DNA from: Tubiluchus corallicola
Taxonomy: Eukaryota > Animalia > Priapulida
Direction of reading: 5' to 3'
Assembly: GCA_030141605.1 (NCBI GenBank)
Contig: JAQGDQ010000135.1
Location: 62,001 to 126,000, forward strand
Length of the DNA stretch: 64,000 nucleotides
Shown here: piece by piece, positions 1 through 12,535 of the stretch
Numbering within the stretch: the stretch's first letter is position 1
Layout of the letters: every line of letters starts with the position of its first letter
The notes under the pieces: generated by a model
The model's database searches: none
Told to the model about the DNA's origin: nothing
The model's input: only the letters and a program-made list of their open reading frames with translations
Translations under genes and position numbers: made by a program

Positions 1-402
1 GCTGTTATCCCAAAACTATCGATCTTTTAAGCCACAACACACTCTACATGCCATTAAGTAACAGCATTAGTCTTTTTTTCAGAATGCACATGGTAATTAA
101 GCTAGCTACGATGATCTCTGACTAGCCAGTTTTGGTGTAGTTTGAAAACTTTTGTTAATTGCTAATGTCGGATTAGTAATTAAGAATTAACAGTCATTAA
201 ACTCTAGAAGAATTTTTCGCACTCTCACACTTGCACCCGGGGGATAATTACCCCGGTTGCCCACCACTTTACTACGGCTCTGCATGATATATATTATCAG
301 TTTAAGTGCAATATTAAAAAACAGGGAGCAACCATCCCAAGAAACAAGAAGAAACCTGTTCTAGATCAACAAATCCAGTATATACTAAGCTCGCAATAGT
401 AC

Positions 403-583
403 CTTAGTCTAGCATTTTCTCCCACATCTTTATCTTCTGCATGCATGTCGATCACACGACGACCGGCTGGCAGGTTCTCTCTGATACTAGATGTGTAATG
501 TTCGCTGGTGAACACTGGGGCATGATCGTTGACGTCTTGTACGATAATCTTCACCTGACCTGTCCCACTCAACATGGGCACAC
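403..583 (-). CDS. FAT4: Fat4-like cadherin coding exon 9 (181 nt, phase 1 to 2); gene continues beyond the window start
   Basis: ttttctctag|GTGTG acceptor, CTAAG|gtacta donor. Encodes VPMLSGTGQVKIIVQDVNDHAPVF...AEDKDVGENARLR. Confidence 0.88.
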
Positions 584-1207
584 CTAGAGAAAAAGTAGCC
601 TTGTCAATCTTACAATCATATTATTTCTATAAATACAGCATATGTATGTTTGGTAACCTGTATGAAGGGCATATTTATAAACAGAGCATAAGCAGAACGG
701 TGTAGTTACACTGGAAATGAAAATATATACATTTGAAATGCTTTAAAAATTGCATTTCAAAAATCAGCATGCCACGTAATGCAACAACAGCTAAAATGCA
801 ACAACAACAACAACAGTCACTGCTGTATGTAACTTGAAAATTAAAGCATATCTGAAATGAAGCGCATCTTAGGCGATCACTGATCAGTTATTTTAAAACA
901 GAATGAGTTAGTTTAAACATATTTATTTTATAATCTCTGGACAAAACAGTGTAACTGACACAAAAAGTCCTCTGGTTACAGAGATAGTACAAATACAATA
1001 CATGAAAGATAAAAGTGCACGATTAATATATACGTAACAATTAAACAACCTTGTTAGACAACAATCAAACAAACACAACAAAATCGCTGCTATTTTGTTC
1101 CTAAAGCTGGACGCTATCAAATTTTGTGACCTACAGCAAAATCTAGATAATAATAGCTCAGTTTCTTACAGAATGACAATAAAAAATAAAAACTGCAAAA
1201 CACAAAC

Positions 1208-1879
1208 CGGAGTCAGTTGCAACAATCGATAACCAATATGTATCTCTCAGTTCTCTGTCCAAGCTGCGATGCAAAATTATCTTGCCGTTTTCAGCACCAA
1301 TTTCAAACAGTCCATCGTAGCTTTCATCCAGTGAGTACGTCAGTTGCGCATTCTTGGGCGAATCTGCATCGTGAGCGGTGATTGTAGCAATGGTCGCCGG
1401 CAATTTGGACATGTTCTCCAGGACGTGGACAACGTACGGAGAATGGTGGAAGACGGGCGGTGAGTCATTTATGTCTTTCACTACAATGCGAATAGTTGCC
1501 GTATCCTTTTTTGGATCTATGCCCAAATCTTCAGCACTAATGGTTAAGGTGTACATTTGCACTCGTTCGTAATCAAGAGGCTTCGCCACTGAAACAACAC
1601 CAGTTTTCAGATTGAGGTCAAAATCGCGAGCATCATCACCAGCAACTATATAATAGCGCACCTCTCCATTATTGCCCGAGTCACGGTCATACGCAGAGAC
1701 ATTTAAAAGAACGGTTCCAACGCTAATATCTTCAGAGATGGTGGCGCTATAGTCGGTCAACTCAAACGTTGGGCTGTTGTCATTTTCATCGATGATCTTG
1801 ATGAAAATATCTTGCCGGCTAGAAAGTGGCTCCGTGCCTTTGTCCATTGCCATGACCGTTAACGTGTAATTTTCTTCAC
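1208..1879 (-). CDS. FAT4: Fat4-like cadherin coding exon 8 (672 nt, phase 1 to 1)
   Basis: ctttttcag|GTGAAG acceptor, TCCG|gtttgt donor. About two cadherin repeats (DENDN, LDYE, DINDS, LDRE). Confidence 0.93.
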
Positions 1880-3750
1880 CTGAAAAAGGTATTGATGAAT
1901 TACAGTATCAGTTCTCTATTGCATTATGCAACTGCTAATCAATGAAGCAAGGCAATGAGGTTCTTTGCATAAGCTAATGAGAAATGGGTAAAATGTAGTA
2001 CAAAGCAAATACACAAGCAAGGAACACAACAGCAACACTATAATATATTATAGAGAAGCATTATACTGTAAGACAACTAATGCTACATGGTAATAACTTC
2101 TGACAAGAATTAAAACGTTACTAAAAATATCCCACTGAAAAGAAATTAAAAAGTTGCAGCGTTTTTCTATTTCTTTCCTACATTAAAATAATGAAAAATG
2201 TTTATATTAACGTTTGTAACCTAGGTTTTCAGACATGCTTTGAGACGGACTGTTATTACACAGTTAAGATTAAATTTTAACTTTTGTATGGAAAAGCAAT
2301 ATCAGCCTGTACAATTACATCTGTTTTTACTGGCTTACATGAGTATAAAAACATCAATCCATATTTTTACCTGCAAATCACATTTCTGATTATAAGGCAC
2401 TGTGCCTAAGCGAAAATTATGCAATGTATAACTAATTACCACAATCACAAAAGATAAATCTATTATAACCATAATAGTTTTAACTTAGTTTGCTTTTAAT
2501 GGGTTTTTGACCCTAGCTTACTAAACTCTTTTAATAACAACTGAAATCATTAAAGTCCACAACCCTCTATAGGATTTGGTAGCTCTAAACTGAAACCTAC
2601 AATAGAACTTTGCAAAGCCTAACAAAAAGCAAACAGAAAAGTTCTAAAACCTTACAAACGAGGATTAAAATATGGAGCTCCATTTCGTGATCATTGCACA
2701 ACTCGCGCCATTTCCACTTCGTACTAAACGCAAGGACAAATATTGTCGTGAATTTTTGATTTATACATTTTGCCAGAACCTTGAATCGAGCACATTAAAT
2801 TTAATAGATTCGCCTGTTAGAATCATTTAAAAGATGAAATGTTTACTTTTCATTGCCAAGCTTGTGGGGTGAAACAGGTTTTCTGACCTGTAGCAAATCC
2901 GAGTGGATGGCATGCGAGCGTGGGAATGATACAGTGAAAAATTAATCTGTCTGCAGGTACACAAGAAAATTCTACCTGGACAGGTAAGGTAAGGACTATT
3001 AAGTTAAAATTTTCGACAGCAAACGATTGAAAAATTTACACCTCTGTTTTCAACGTTGCTCACTATACAATTAGTTTTACAATGCTATCCTAAATGTCTA
3101 AACATGAGGAGGTATGCCAAGATTTTAATAATGTTGTAATTATGAATCCCTTAATTCAAACTCACTTGCAAGAGTTACTGATCACCTGTGACACAAATTT
3201 AGCATTAGCCATGATACAACATCAACATAATAACAGTAATAATGAAATCAGCCAATCACTCATAACCTCTATCTGATTATTATCTTCTTATTCCCATCAC
3301 AACGCTGGTTATTAAATAGCTGGACCATGCCCAGGTAAAACGTGCTAATCGATCAGCTACACACAGGTAGACAGGTATGAAGTAATTGCGCCAGGTTATC
3401 TGACAGGTACAATTAGTAACGCAGGTGGGACTGCTTTCCTAGGTTCCACTTATCACTGGTAAAATGTGGTTGTAAAAACGTGTGTAATTTACAATCTCAC
3501 ATTATTGATTACACGGTTCTAAAGCGAAATTTAAAATGGCCGCAGCCTGAGACAGCCAGCAGAATCTGCTTTTTCAGCATGTTGGAATAATATGCATCAG
3601 TTAAATACAAGAGGATAATGTGGCATCATAAAGTAATCAAAAAATCAATTCTGTATAAATGCATACACACATAGCAAATTGTCGTGCATTTAGTCAATGA
3701 TATGGGCTGCATTAATGTGGAAAAGCAACAGTAAGTATAACAAATCCAGC

Positions 3751-3904
3751 TAAAGAAGTCTCAAGTAAAAAAGCCGCAGATAAAAAGCCACAGGTAAAAA
3801 GTCACAGGAAAATACTTACAGGAAAAAAGTGATAGGAAAAAAAGGCACTGGAAAAAAGAAATAACCCTAACCCTAATCTCAACCTTAACCCCTAACCCCT
3901 AAAC
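3751..3904. repeat. Composite repeat: ~14-bp AAAAAGYCACAGG units followed by a degenerate (TAACCC)n tract
   Basis: About 7 degenerate 14-15-mers (aaaaagccacaggt, aaaaagtcacagga, etc.), then taaccctaaccctaatctcaaccttaacccctaacccctaa. Confidence 0.75.
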
Positions 3905-5587
3905 GAAATTACGACTTCTCCAAAAGTACAGCAGGGAAGGAAAATTAAAGTGTTTCAAAACTCTGGCAATACAGTTTAAAATTCAATGACACTGAAAATT
4001 TTATGTAGCTCATGTTGGCGTCCAAACATGCTATACATTTTATTAACTGATACATACACTATACGTTTCATATGCCTAATGTTGGTTGCCGCACATTATT
4101 CTTTTCAAGTACCTAATATTGGCTCCTTTACATGCTGATCTGTTAATGTGCTTACACTGGTTCCTCCACATACTACTAAATGCTTCTAACTCTAGTGATA
4201 GTTACCAGTACATACTAAATATTCTAATGTCTAATGGTTGTTGCTATGTGGCTCCTATACACCTGAAGTTTTCGTGTAAAAAAATATTTCAAAAACTGCA
4301 GCATGCTCTTGCCCCTACTATGAATAGACATTGACTGCGATTATAAAAGAAAGTACAATAATAACAATAAAAAAAATCTAACTCAGCCTATTTGCAAGAA
4401 GCATTGTATCTTCTGGCAACATTCACCAATATCAATAAAGCATGCAAAACTAGTAAAACAATAAAAAAATTGAATAAACCATTTCAAGTTCCATTTCAAC
4501 ATATCAAGTAAACACAAACAATTTATACAATATAAAATATATGGGAAGTCTTTGTCTGCTATATGCCTTATTCTTCTATAACCAAATTGAGCTTCTCTAG
4601 TAACATTAAGCATGTGTAGTAGTAATATAGCAATAGTAACTTTTTATACATTTTCCTTCTGTAAGTAGGTGAATTATATTTGAAAATTTGAAACATCTCA
4701 AGGCTTTTGTTAATAACTATAAGCCATTAAAGTTGAAGCAGCACTGATATTTCAGAAAAAATTATAATGCTGCCTAGAATTTTATCCCTATTATTAAGAT
4801 TTTTACGAGCAGCAGAGATTACAGGTTGTGTCAGAAGAATCTGGGTAAGCATTGTCACCAAGGTGACTTGTTCAGCAGAGGAAATTCAAACCTGAGCCAT
4901 TGACACACAATTACTGAATAAGTTTGGAATTAACAGCCAATAAAAATACATCAAAATTAGAATACAGCAAAAGTCATTCATCATAACTGTGAAGAAATAT
5001 TTAGTAAGATCTGGCAATGATATTACTGGGAAAAAATTCAGAAAAACCTGATCATGAAATCATAATATGACACGTGAAAACTTAACATGAACATCTTTTT
5101 CCTCAAATCCAGTAGTTGCTACATTTTAATCAGAAAAACTGAAAAAGAAATCTGTTTCTCCTTTGCCTATGAACAACTAGAAACAGTATTAGCCATGTTT
5201 TGATGCGAGTTCAACTAATATTTGTCTAAACACCAGTAAATATATTATTAAAGCAAACTCTCTGGTCGAGTTGAAAGTAAAATATTTTCCTAACCAGCTA
5301 TTCCTAAAATGAACGAAAACGAGTAAATACTGGTAGTCACCCGGTTGTAACCATCTGTTACAAATGATTCAGATTATTAGTAACTGGATAGTTGCAAGTC
5401 ACCGACAACTTTAATCATAAATCAAATAAAAGTACCAACAATAATTATCAGCTTGCAGTATCACTTCCTGCCAGTTTCTGTTCAAAACCAGCCAAGAGAG
5501 ACTCGTTCTACATATCTTAAGCAGCTTATGGTTAATTACTCTAAATAATAAATTGCCTACATGAATATGAAACGCAAAATTACGTAC

Positions 5588-5807
5588 TCTCTCTGTCCAA
5601 TGGACCGTTGACTCGCAATATGCCATCTACAGGGCCGATGGAGAACCGATCCCCGGGCACGGAATACAGACTGTACTCGACATAGCTGTTCTTGCCCTCA
5701 TCAGCATCAACAGCTTTGACGGCCATGACGATGCTTCCTATTGGTGCATTCTCTTGGATGGTAGCGTAACCCGGTGTGATGAATTGTGGTGCCATATCGT
5801 TCACATC
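5588..5807 (-). CDS. FAT4: Fat4-like cadherin coding exon 7 (220 nt, phase 0 to 1)
   Basis: ctgttttag|GATGTG acceptor. Donor GAGA|gtacgt was chosen because the next exon requires phase 1. Encodes DVNDMAPQF...DADEGKNSYVEY...LDRE. Confidence 0.9.
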
Positions 5808-6426
5808 CTAAAACAGACACATGTAAATGAAGCTTTAGATTGCATTGTGAGTTATAGATGTTGTTAAGTGCGATCATTTAGCTACCCCATATTGTAACTA
5901 GCTCTGGTTTTCATTATTATTAAAAACCTGAAATTAGTTTTATACCATATACTTGCTTGCGTCAAAAGCAAACATTTATCAAGTAGTTATGGTCACTGCG
6001 TAACACACCACAAAAAATTTATGAAGCAGTTAATATCAATAACAAAGACTAGTGGAGGTATAACTGATAGAATGCTATACATTTCTTAGTTCAATAAACA
6101 AATGTTTTAATGACTCATCATAAATTTGTTTTCTTGCTAGTTTTATGAAAAGCAAAAGTACTGACTTACATTCTGATAACAATTCAAGCAAAGTAAAACA
6201 AAATGCACTTGATGCATTACTGACGGTTTTAAATAACCAGTTTATTTATGTGAATAATATGTTACAAAGGCATTGACTTAACACAGTTGACATAGTTAAA
6301 TCACATTGTACATGGCACTCGATTATTCTGAGATAGAAAAGACATATTTTAGGTCCCATTATTGTTGATAGGAAAGCTGCAAAATACCAAAATCTAATCG
6401 AGTAATCTAATGATGATGTAAAAACC

Positions 6427-6740
6427 AATTAATCTGCGAGAAAACTGTAATGATTTGAAAACCATTTAATGACAATGCTCCACGAAAACAATGATGATCC
6501 AGGTAAGTATTTCCATCATAGTCAACGAATTTGCCTCATACAAAAATCAATTAATCTGTGAGCAGCTTGTTACAATTTAAAATTATTTAATAACAATGCT
6601 TCAAGAAAACAATGATAATCCAGATAAGTATTTCCATCATAGTCAACGAATTTGCCTCATACAAAAATCAATTAATCTGTGAGAAGCCTGTAACAATTTG
6701 AAAATAACAATGTTTCATGAAAACAATGATGATTCAGATA
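6427..6740. repeat. Tandem repeat, ~121-bp unit x ~2.6
   Basis: Units start AATTAATCTG at 6427, 6549 and 6670. TAAGTATTTCCATCATAGTCAACGAATTTGCCTCATACAAAAATC is identical in units 1 and 2. Confidence 0.9.
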
Positions 6741-8580
6741 GCGTTTCTCTTTTCCAGCATGTGCCAATATGCAGCACAGTCTCAGAATGTTGAAATGAAC
6801 TTTACGTCATTAGAAAAACAAAAATGAAGGTTTGAGCAAATACCAACATTCAACTCTACACAAACATAAGACTCAATTCGGGACTGAAAACCAGTTTCTG
6901 ATTGCTACAAAAGTTCATCTATTCAAATCTAACAGCTGCAAGGTAATTTCCAGCTAAAGCAGTTACCAGTATCACATTCAAGATTGTTCACCCGTAAATA
7001 AACTTAAACTTGAAACGCTTAGAAGTTAAACTATAATTTCCCAACCCAATAACTGACTTTCTCTTTGATTTATTACAGAGCCACATGTAATTCAACTATT
7101 AAAAACAACAATATTAATAAAAGCAATTTTTCCAAAAATGTAAATTTAGGGCCCAAACACAGAAAACAATGCAGTGAATCAGTGTTCGCTCACACTTAAA
7201 AAATTAATGTAAAGACAGATAGGTTGCAGAGTTGTGCCTAAAACTTCTGTAATACTTACTTCAAACAGCGATCATTGTTTACAAAAAAAACTAATCACCT
7301 TAAAAAACCAAAATCATTCTTGCCATTTTTTGTGACACATACACATGCATCCTAAAAATAATAGTCCTGCAAGAAGAAGCATGAACCGATAGTGAAAAGT
7401 GGTGATCCAACACAGTCAAATGGGGGCATACTGACCTCTCCGGGGTCAAACTAACCTTATTCCTGCACACAGTGAAAGTGGGAAGATCAAAAGAGGGGAT
7501 CCACGTGTTAATGCTGCCTATCAAAACATGGTTATAGTGCAGTCATATGCATGCACTTAGTAAACTTAATGTTGAACACAGACTGCGGTCAATATATTGC
7601 ATATCAGTTGTCAGAAACGTACGTAACCTTATACAAGAACTGAGAGAGACTCTTCTACTTCTGTTTTCACTAATAAATTTATTTGGATCATTGAGGTCAA
7701 TTTGACTTCAGATCAGGTCAGGAATGAGAAACAGGAAAGAATGCGGTCAGTAGTTAAAAGTACTTGACTGTTAAGGAAGAGCAGTACCAAAGATGAACAT
7801 ACAGAAAAAAATTGTAAAATATTTTGGCCTTACTAGTACGCATTTTGATGTTTTGATTTTAAATAACTAAAAAAACTATTTTACAAAACTGAATGTTTCG
7901 TTTGATTTAAAATAATGAATTTTGCAGCCAAGCTGGTAATATTTGACTGTAATAAAAGTTTATGCGACAAAAATGAAAACAAAAATGATCTTCGACAGCA
8001 TGAAACAAGTACATTAAATTGACAAGTAAAACTATTTTTTGTTAACTATGATTACTATTTTTTGCATATCTCGTGATAAACTTTCACAACAGAACAGTTG
8101 CTGTTAAAAAGTGAAATGAAAGTCCAAAGTTTAAATGAATGAAAAACATAGGGCAGCAACGTTTACTCAGTAAGACAAGTTTATTATTTGAAGATGATCA
8201 ATACATGGCCTGCAGCCAAAGGCTATATAAAATCTAACCTACCTTTGTGACAATACAGAGGACTAAGCGACAACTATTGGAGTAAACAAATTACGAAAAC
8301 CAATCCTAACCAAGTGACTGGCAATAGTGTGTCACTATAATCTCACTGTCTAGAAACAACATAAGGAATAGAACAACAACGCGGACAGGAAATAGGCTAG
8401 ATTTGATGGCTGTGTCATAAAACATGTAGATGAGACATTAGTAATTAAAGATGGGTAACCTTCCACAGTCAAAAGAAAGACAGGAAATATTAAAAGTAAA
8501 ACTAGAAGAGAAGTGTTCTTTAATGTGTCATACCAGTAGTAAAATATCAACTAATCAATTATCTATTAAACTAAGCATAC

Positions 8581-8786
8581 CTGCAGTATTATTGTGACGG
8601 AGGTTGTTGCAGACAGCCGAATGGAAGGTGGTTCCACCTTGTCCTTTGCCTCCACCGTAAGCTGATAGAAGGAATCTGTCTCTCTGTCAAGCATCTTCTT
8701 GTTGTAGATGGTGCCGTTGTCGTGGATACCAAGCTGATCTTTGGGGTCTCCATCAATAATGGTGAACTCCAATTCTGCATTCTTTC
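8581..8786 (-). CDS. FAT4: Fat4-like cadherin coding exon 6 (206 nt, phase 1 to 0)
   Basis: gtccacag|GAAAG acceptor, CAG|gtatgc donor. Encodes KNAELEFTIIDGD...LDRETDSFYQLTVEAKD. Confidence 0.92.
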
Positions 8787-9405
8787 CTGTGGACAGTAAA
8801 CAAACAATCAGTGGAAATTGTTTACGGACAGTTGGATAAACAAGGACAAGATAGTGGACATGTTTCTACAGAAATTTCCAGTTCACTGACAACAAAACAA
8901 TAAACACTTTCTGCTGAGAAGTCAAAATACAGCTTCTAGGTCACCTGACACACTGCAGACGCTTTCCTCTACTATTAGCCCTAACATCAAAGGAAAATTT
9001 GGCAGAATAAAGACATCAGACACTTGCATTTGTTATTTATATTAGCAACAACATAACTGAATATGTTCACTAGCAAGACGATCATATCAATAACAAAAAC
9101 GGACAATTTTCTGAAAGATAATTTTACACATTTTTTACGTTTTCTTAATCTTTAACTGATAAGATACTGGTTTAAATGTATTCGAGTGTTCAAAACTATT
9201 CCTATATTAGGGGACTGAATCATTGCGTTATAAAAATCAATAGCAAATGACGATATTGATAAATATTTCTTTTTAATTTTTGTTTATGTGTGCTTCTTTA
9301 ATAAAATACTCGATTTTTTCATATTGCGCTCAACTCTTTCAGTATGCAACATTGTAACATTTTTCAAAGTAGTATCATTCTGTAGTACTTTCTTACAAAA
9401 CCTAC

Positions 9406-9610
9406 CTGAATCAGCATCCGTTGCCACGACAGTGATAAGCGATGATCCAATGGGCACGTCTTCCATCACAGTGTCAACAGTATACTCGGATTGCATGAAC
9501 ACCGGGGCATGGTTGTTGACGTCGACTACATTGATGTAAACAATGGTCGTCGAGGAGAGACTGGGTTGCCCCCTGTCTGCAGCTTGCACGGTAAATATGT
9601 AATGCTCATC
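9406..9610 (-). CDS. FAT4: Fat4-like cadherin coding exon 5 (205 nt, phase 0 to 1)
   Basis: ttcatctag|GATGAG acceptor, TCAG|gtaggt donor. Encodes DEHYIFTVQAADRGQPSLSS...DVNNHAPVF...ATDADS. Confidence 0.92.
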
Positions 9611-10707
9611 CTAGATGAAATAACAGAAGATAAGCTACAAATGGACGAGAAATCCCATATTCAGTGTCACATTAGTTACCGTGTAGCTAGAATAATACAC
9701 AAGTGCTGCTCTTAAGTGAACTGACTGCTGTCTGGGATGCTCCATAAACCAAAATTGCAAACTGTAGCCTCATTAGCAGACAAGCCAGTCATTTACAACT
9801 AACACAACAAGTGAGTTTTCTAAAATTGCAGCATGACACTGTGGAACATCAAAATATCACAAGGATGTCTGACATTGGTTAAGGTGTGACTGTGAAGAAA
9901 TACCTTGTAAACGCCCTGCTGGGATCAGTAATATTCAAACACATATTAAGAATTGACTAAAATAAGGAGTTGTCGGTGGATAAAAATCATCATTTATATA
10001 ATCAGGCTTGAGAACAAATTTAATTTAAGAAAAGCTGGCATTTTTAAAAATGAACTTCGAAATTGTGTGATTTATAAAGTTTTGTACAACTGCTACAACA
10101 ACTGCCTAAACTGTTAAAAATTACAATCCTGAGAGCTTAAACCCCAACTTTCTGTTCCGAATCTTAAAAGCTTCTCTGTATTTTCGCTAAATTGCGCTGT
10201 CCAGCTCTCACTGCCCTGCACATTAAAACTAGGGCCATTCAAGGTCACTTTTCACTGTACATGGGTCAAGTGGGCACTGATAAAGTTACAACCGAGTTCA
10301 ACACTGCCGCACCTTCAACAGCACTTTAAGTGCAAGCTGTCATATGGCAGATAATACCACATTCCAACGCATGCACGGCCGGTTATCCCGCCTACATTAA
10401 AATTGTTTACCCGTGTGCTAACCAAGCTCCCAATAAATACCCTAATCCTTAGTATAAACAAATTGACAACACACGCAGCGGCCGACGAATGGGTTAAAGT
10501 TTACCCTGTAAACAGGAGCATACGGAAGAGATAAAGGTAATTTGCTCGATTCTCTAATCTGAAACAGTTGCACGCTGGATAGTGGGTAATTAAGCTCCGT
10601 ATGTAATGAGATCAAGACGAGAGGGTGGGAGTACAAAACATGTAAGAACCAAAGAGTTATTAATTGATTTTCAATGTACTTCAAATAATTAACACAAAAT
10701 ATAAGAT

Positions 10708-10799
10708 ATATTCATTTCACACAATAGAATTACAAACAAATAATAGTTAAACTAATATTCATTTCACACGATAGAATTACAAACAAATAATAGTTAACT
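10708..10799. repeat. 47-bp tandem duplication
   Basis: ATATTCATTTCACACRATAGAATTACAAACAAATAATAGTTAA at 10708 and 10755. Confidence 0.9.
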
Positions 10800-11429
10800 T
10801 ATGTTGAAAAGGGAATAAATGCGAGTGTATGACTAAAGAGTCCTAAAAAACACTGCCCTTATATATATATATATATAGCACATTGACATAATTTACTTAG
10901 TTTAGGGGTTGGGAACTGTGTGTAACAAGGGCGGTTTAAAAATATTTTCCCATGTGTATGTTTATATGAATCAATTATGCAATTTTATTACAGGATTAAT
11001 AATTATTGCAGACCAAACAGAGTATTCATTGGTATATAGAGCTATGCATATAAATATTGTAAGACTACACTACTTAAGTAAGAATGATGCGTATTTCAAC
11101 ATCAGGTTTAAAAAAACAACAATCTGTTAATTTATTCAGTTATTAAATCCAGGTGATTCTTTACCATAAGATGATCATGGCTTGTCTACAAAAGGTTCAA
11201 CATATACTTTTTAGATTGTGCAAACACACAAAGCAAAAAAAAATTAGTGATGTATTCAGATAAACTATTGGCAATTCAAATGCCTATATTTTTCAAAATT
11301 ATAAATTCAGTTAATGATTGATAACACATTAGCTGTCCGGGTGCAGTGGCCGCTCGCGATAATTTAACAAGAAAGGCCAAAGCATCTAGGATTTGTCCAA
11401 GGGATAAAGACTGAGGTTAGGATCAAGCT

Positions 11430-11760
11430 TACGTAAAATGGGAAAAATCCGGGCGAGTTGTTATGCAAATTAGATGCAAAAACCTGCAAAACAGCAGCTT
11501 TGCAAGTTGATGTAATTATGCAAGTCAGAACGGGAAAAATCTCCAAGGTATGTAAATCAGATGCAGAACTTGCTGAATACGAAGATTCTAGCGAAACCAC
11601 TACCCACGTGTAATACATTAGAAGTGCAGGCAAGCTATGCAAATTAGCTGCTAAAGCTTGCTAAACGTGAAATCTTTTGCAAGCCAATTGGAATCATGTA
11701 AGACAAGACAGGAAAAATTCCAACAAGCTATGTAAATTAGCTGCGAAACGTGTCAACTTT
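11430..11760. repeat. Degenerate ~87-93-bp tandem repeat x4
   Basis: Core TATGYAAATYAGMTGC recurs with ATG at 11463, 11550, 11637 and 11730. GGAAAAAT precedes three of the four copies. Confidence 0.75.
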
Positions 11761-12358
11761 CCAGCACCCGCATTAAATAGATGTCAGTAACACCCTCCCC
11801 AATACTCCACTTCGGGTTACACGTCCTCTGAGGACGAGAAGTCCCTCTTCCTTGAATTCAGCATCCAGTGATTTTTAAAGGTGAAAAGCGAACCGGCTTA
11901 TTAAAGGAAATCACCAAAATTCGTATTTTTCAAAAGCGAATGAGTCCTCCTCCTTTAAATTCTGCCGGCTATTCTTATCTATCTATCTCTTACTCTATCG
12001 TGAAAGGTTATTAAAACTGACTGAAACTGAAATTCCATCGTAATTTCCACTTGCAACGCTATTTTAGCAGTAGCTATTATGAAGTCTCCAAGATTATCCA
12101 CCTGTGCAAGGCCTAGAGGCAGACTTGAAGTTACTAGTTTTTTATCTCTAATTGACAGTTATAACCCAAAATGACAATTCACGGCCAAACAAACTCTTTT
12201 TCATAACGTTAACTGTCGAACATTTCAATTAGTAAAAGCTAATAAGAAAAATGCTTCCTTTTAACTGCACTAAGAAGTACGACAGGTAAGAGGCAGTTAC
12301 CAAAGACACAAAAGAAAGTTCGTTTTTCTAATTAAATCAAACTGCTAGGAAAACATAC

Positions 12359-12535
12359 CTCTTCGTAATGCAGCACACTTGCTAGTGTGAACGCGCCATT
12401 ATTCTCGTCCAGTGTGAACACATCTGTCCCCCAATCGGATACAATTGCGTACGTCACGTTGCCATTAGCACCCGTATCCCGATCCTCAGCTTCCACTCGA
12501 CCCACCACAATGCCCACTCTAGCATCCTCCAGTAC
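12359..12535 (-). CDS. FAT4: Fat4-like cadherin coding exon 4 (177 nt, phase 0 to 0)
   Basis: aatacag|GTACTG acceptor, GAG|gtatgt donor. Encodes VLEDARVGIVVGRVEAEDRDTGANG...SDWGTDVF...LHYEE. Confidence 0.9.
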
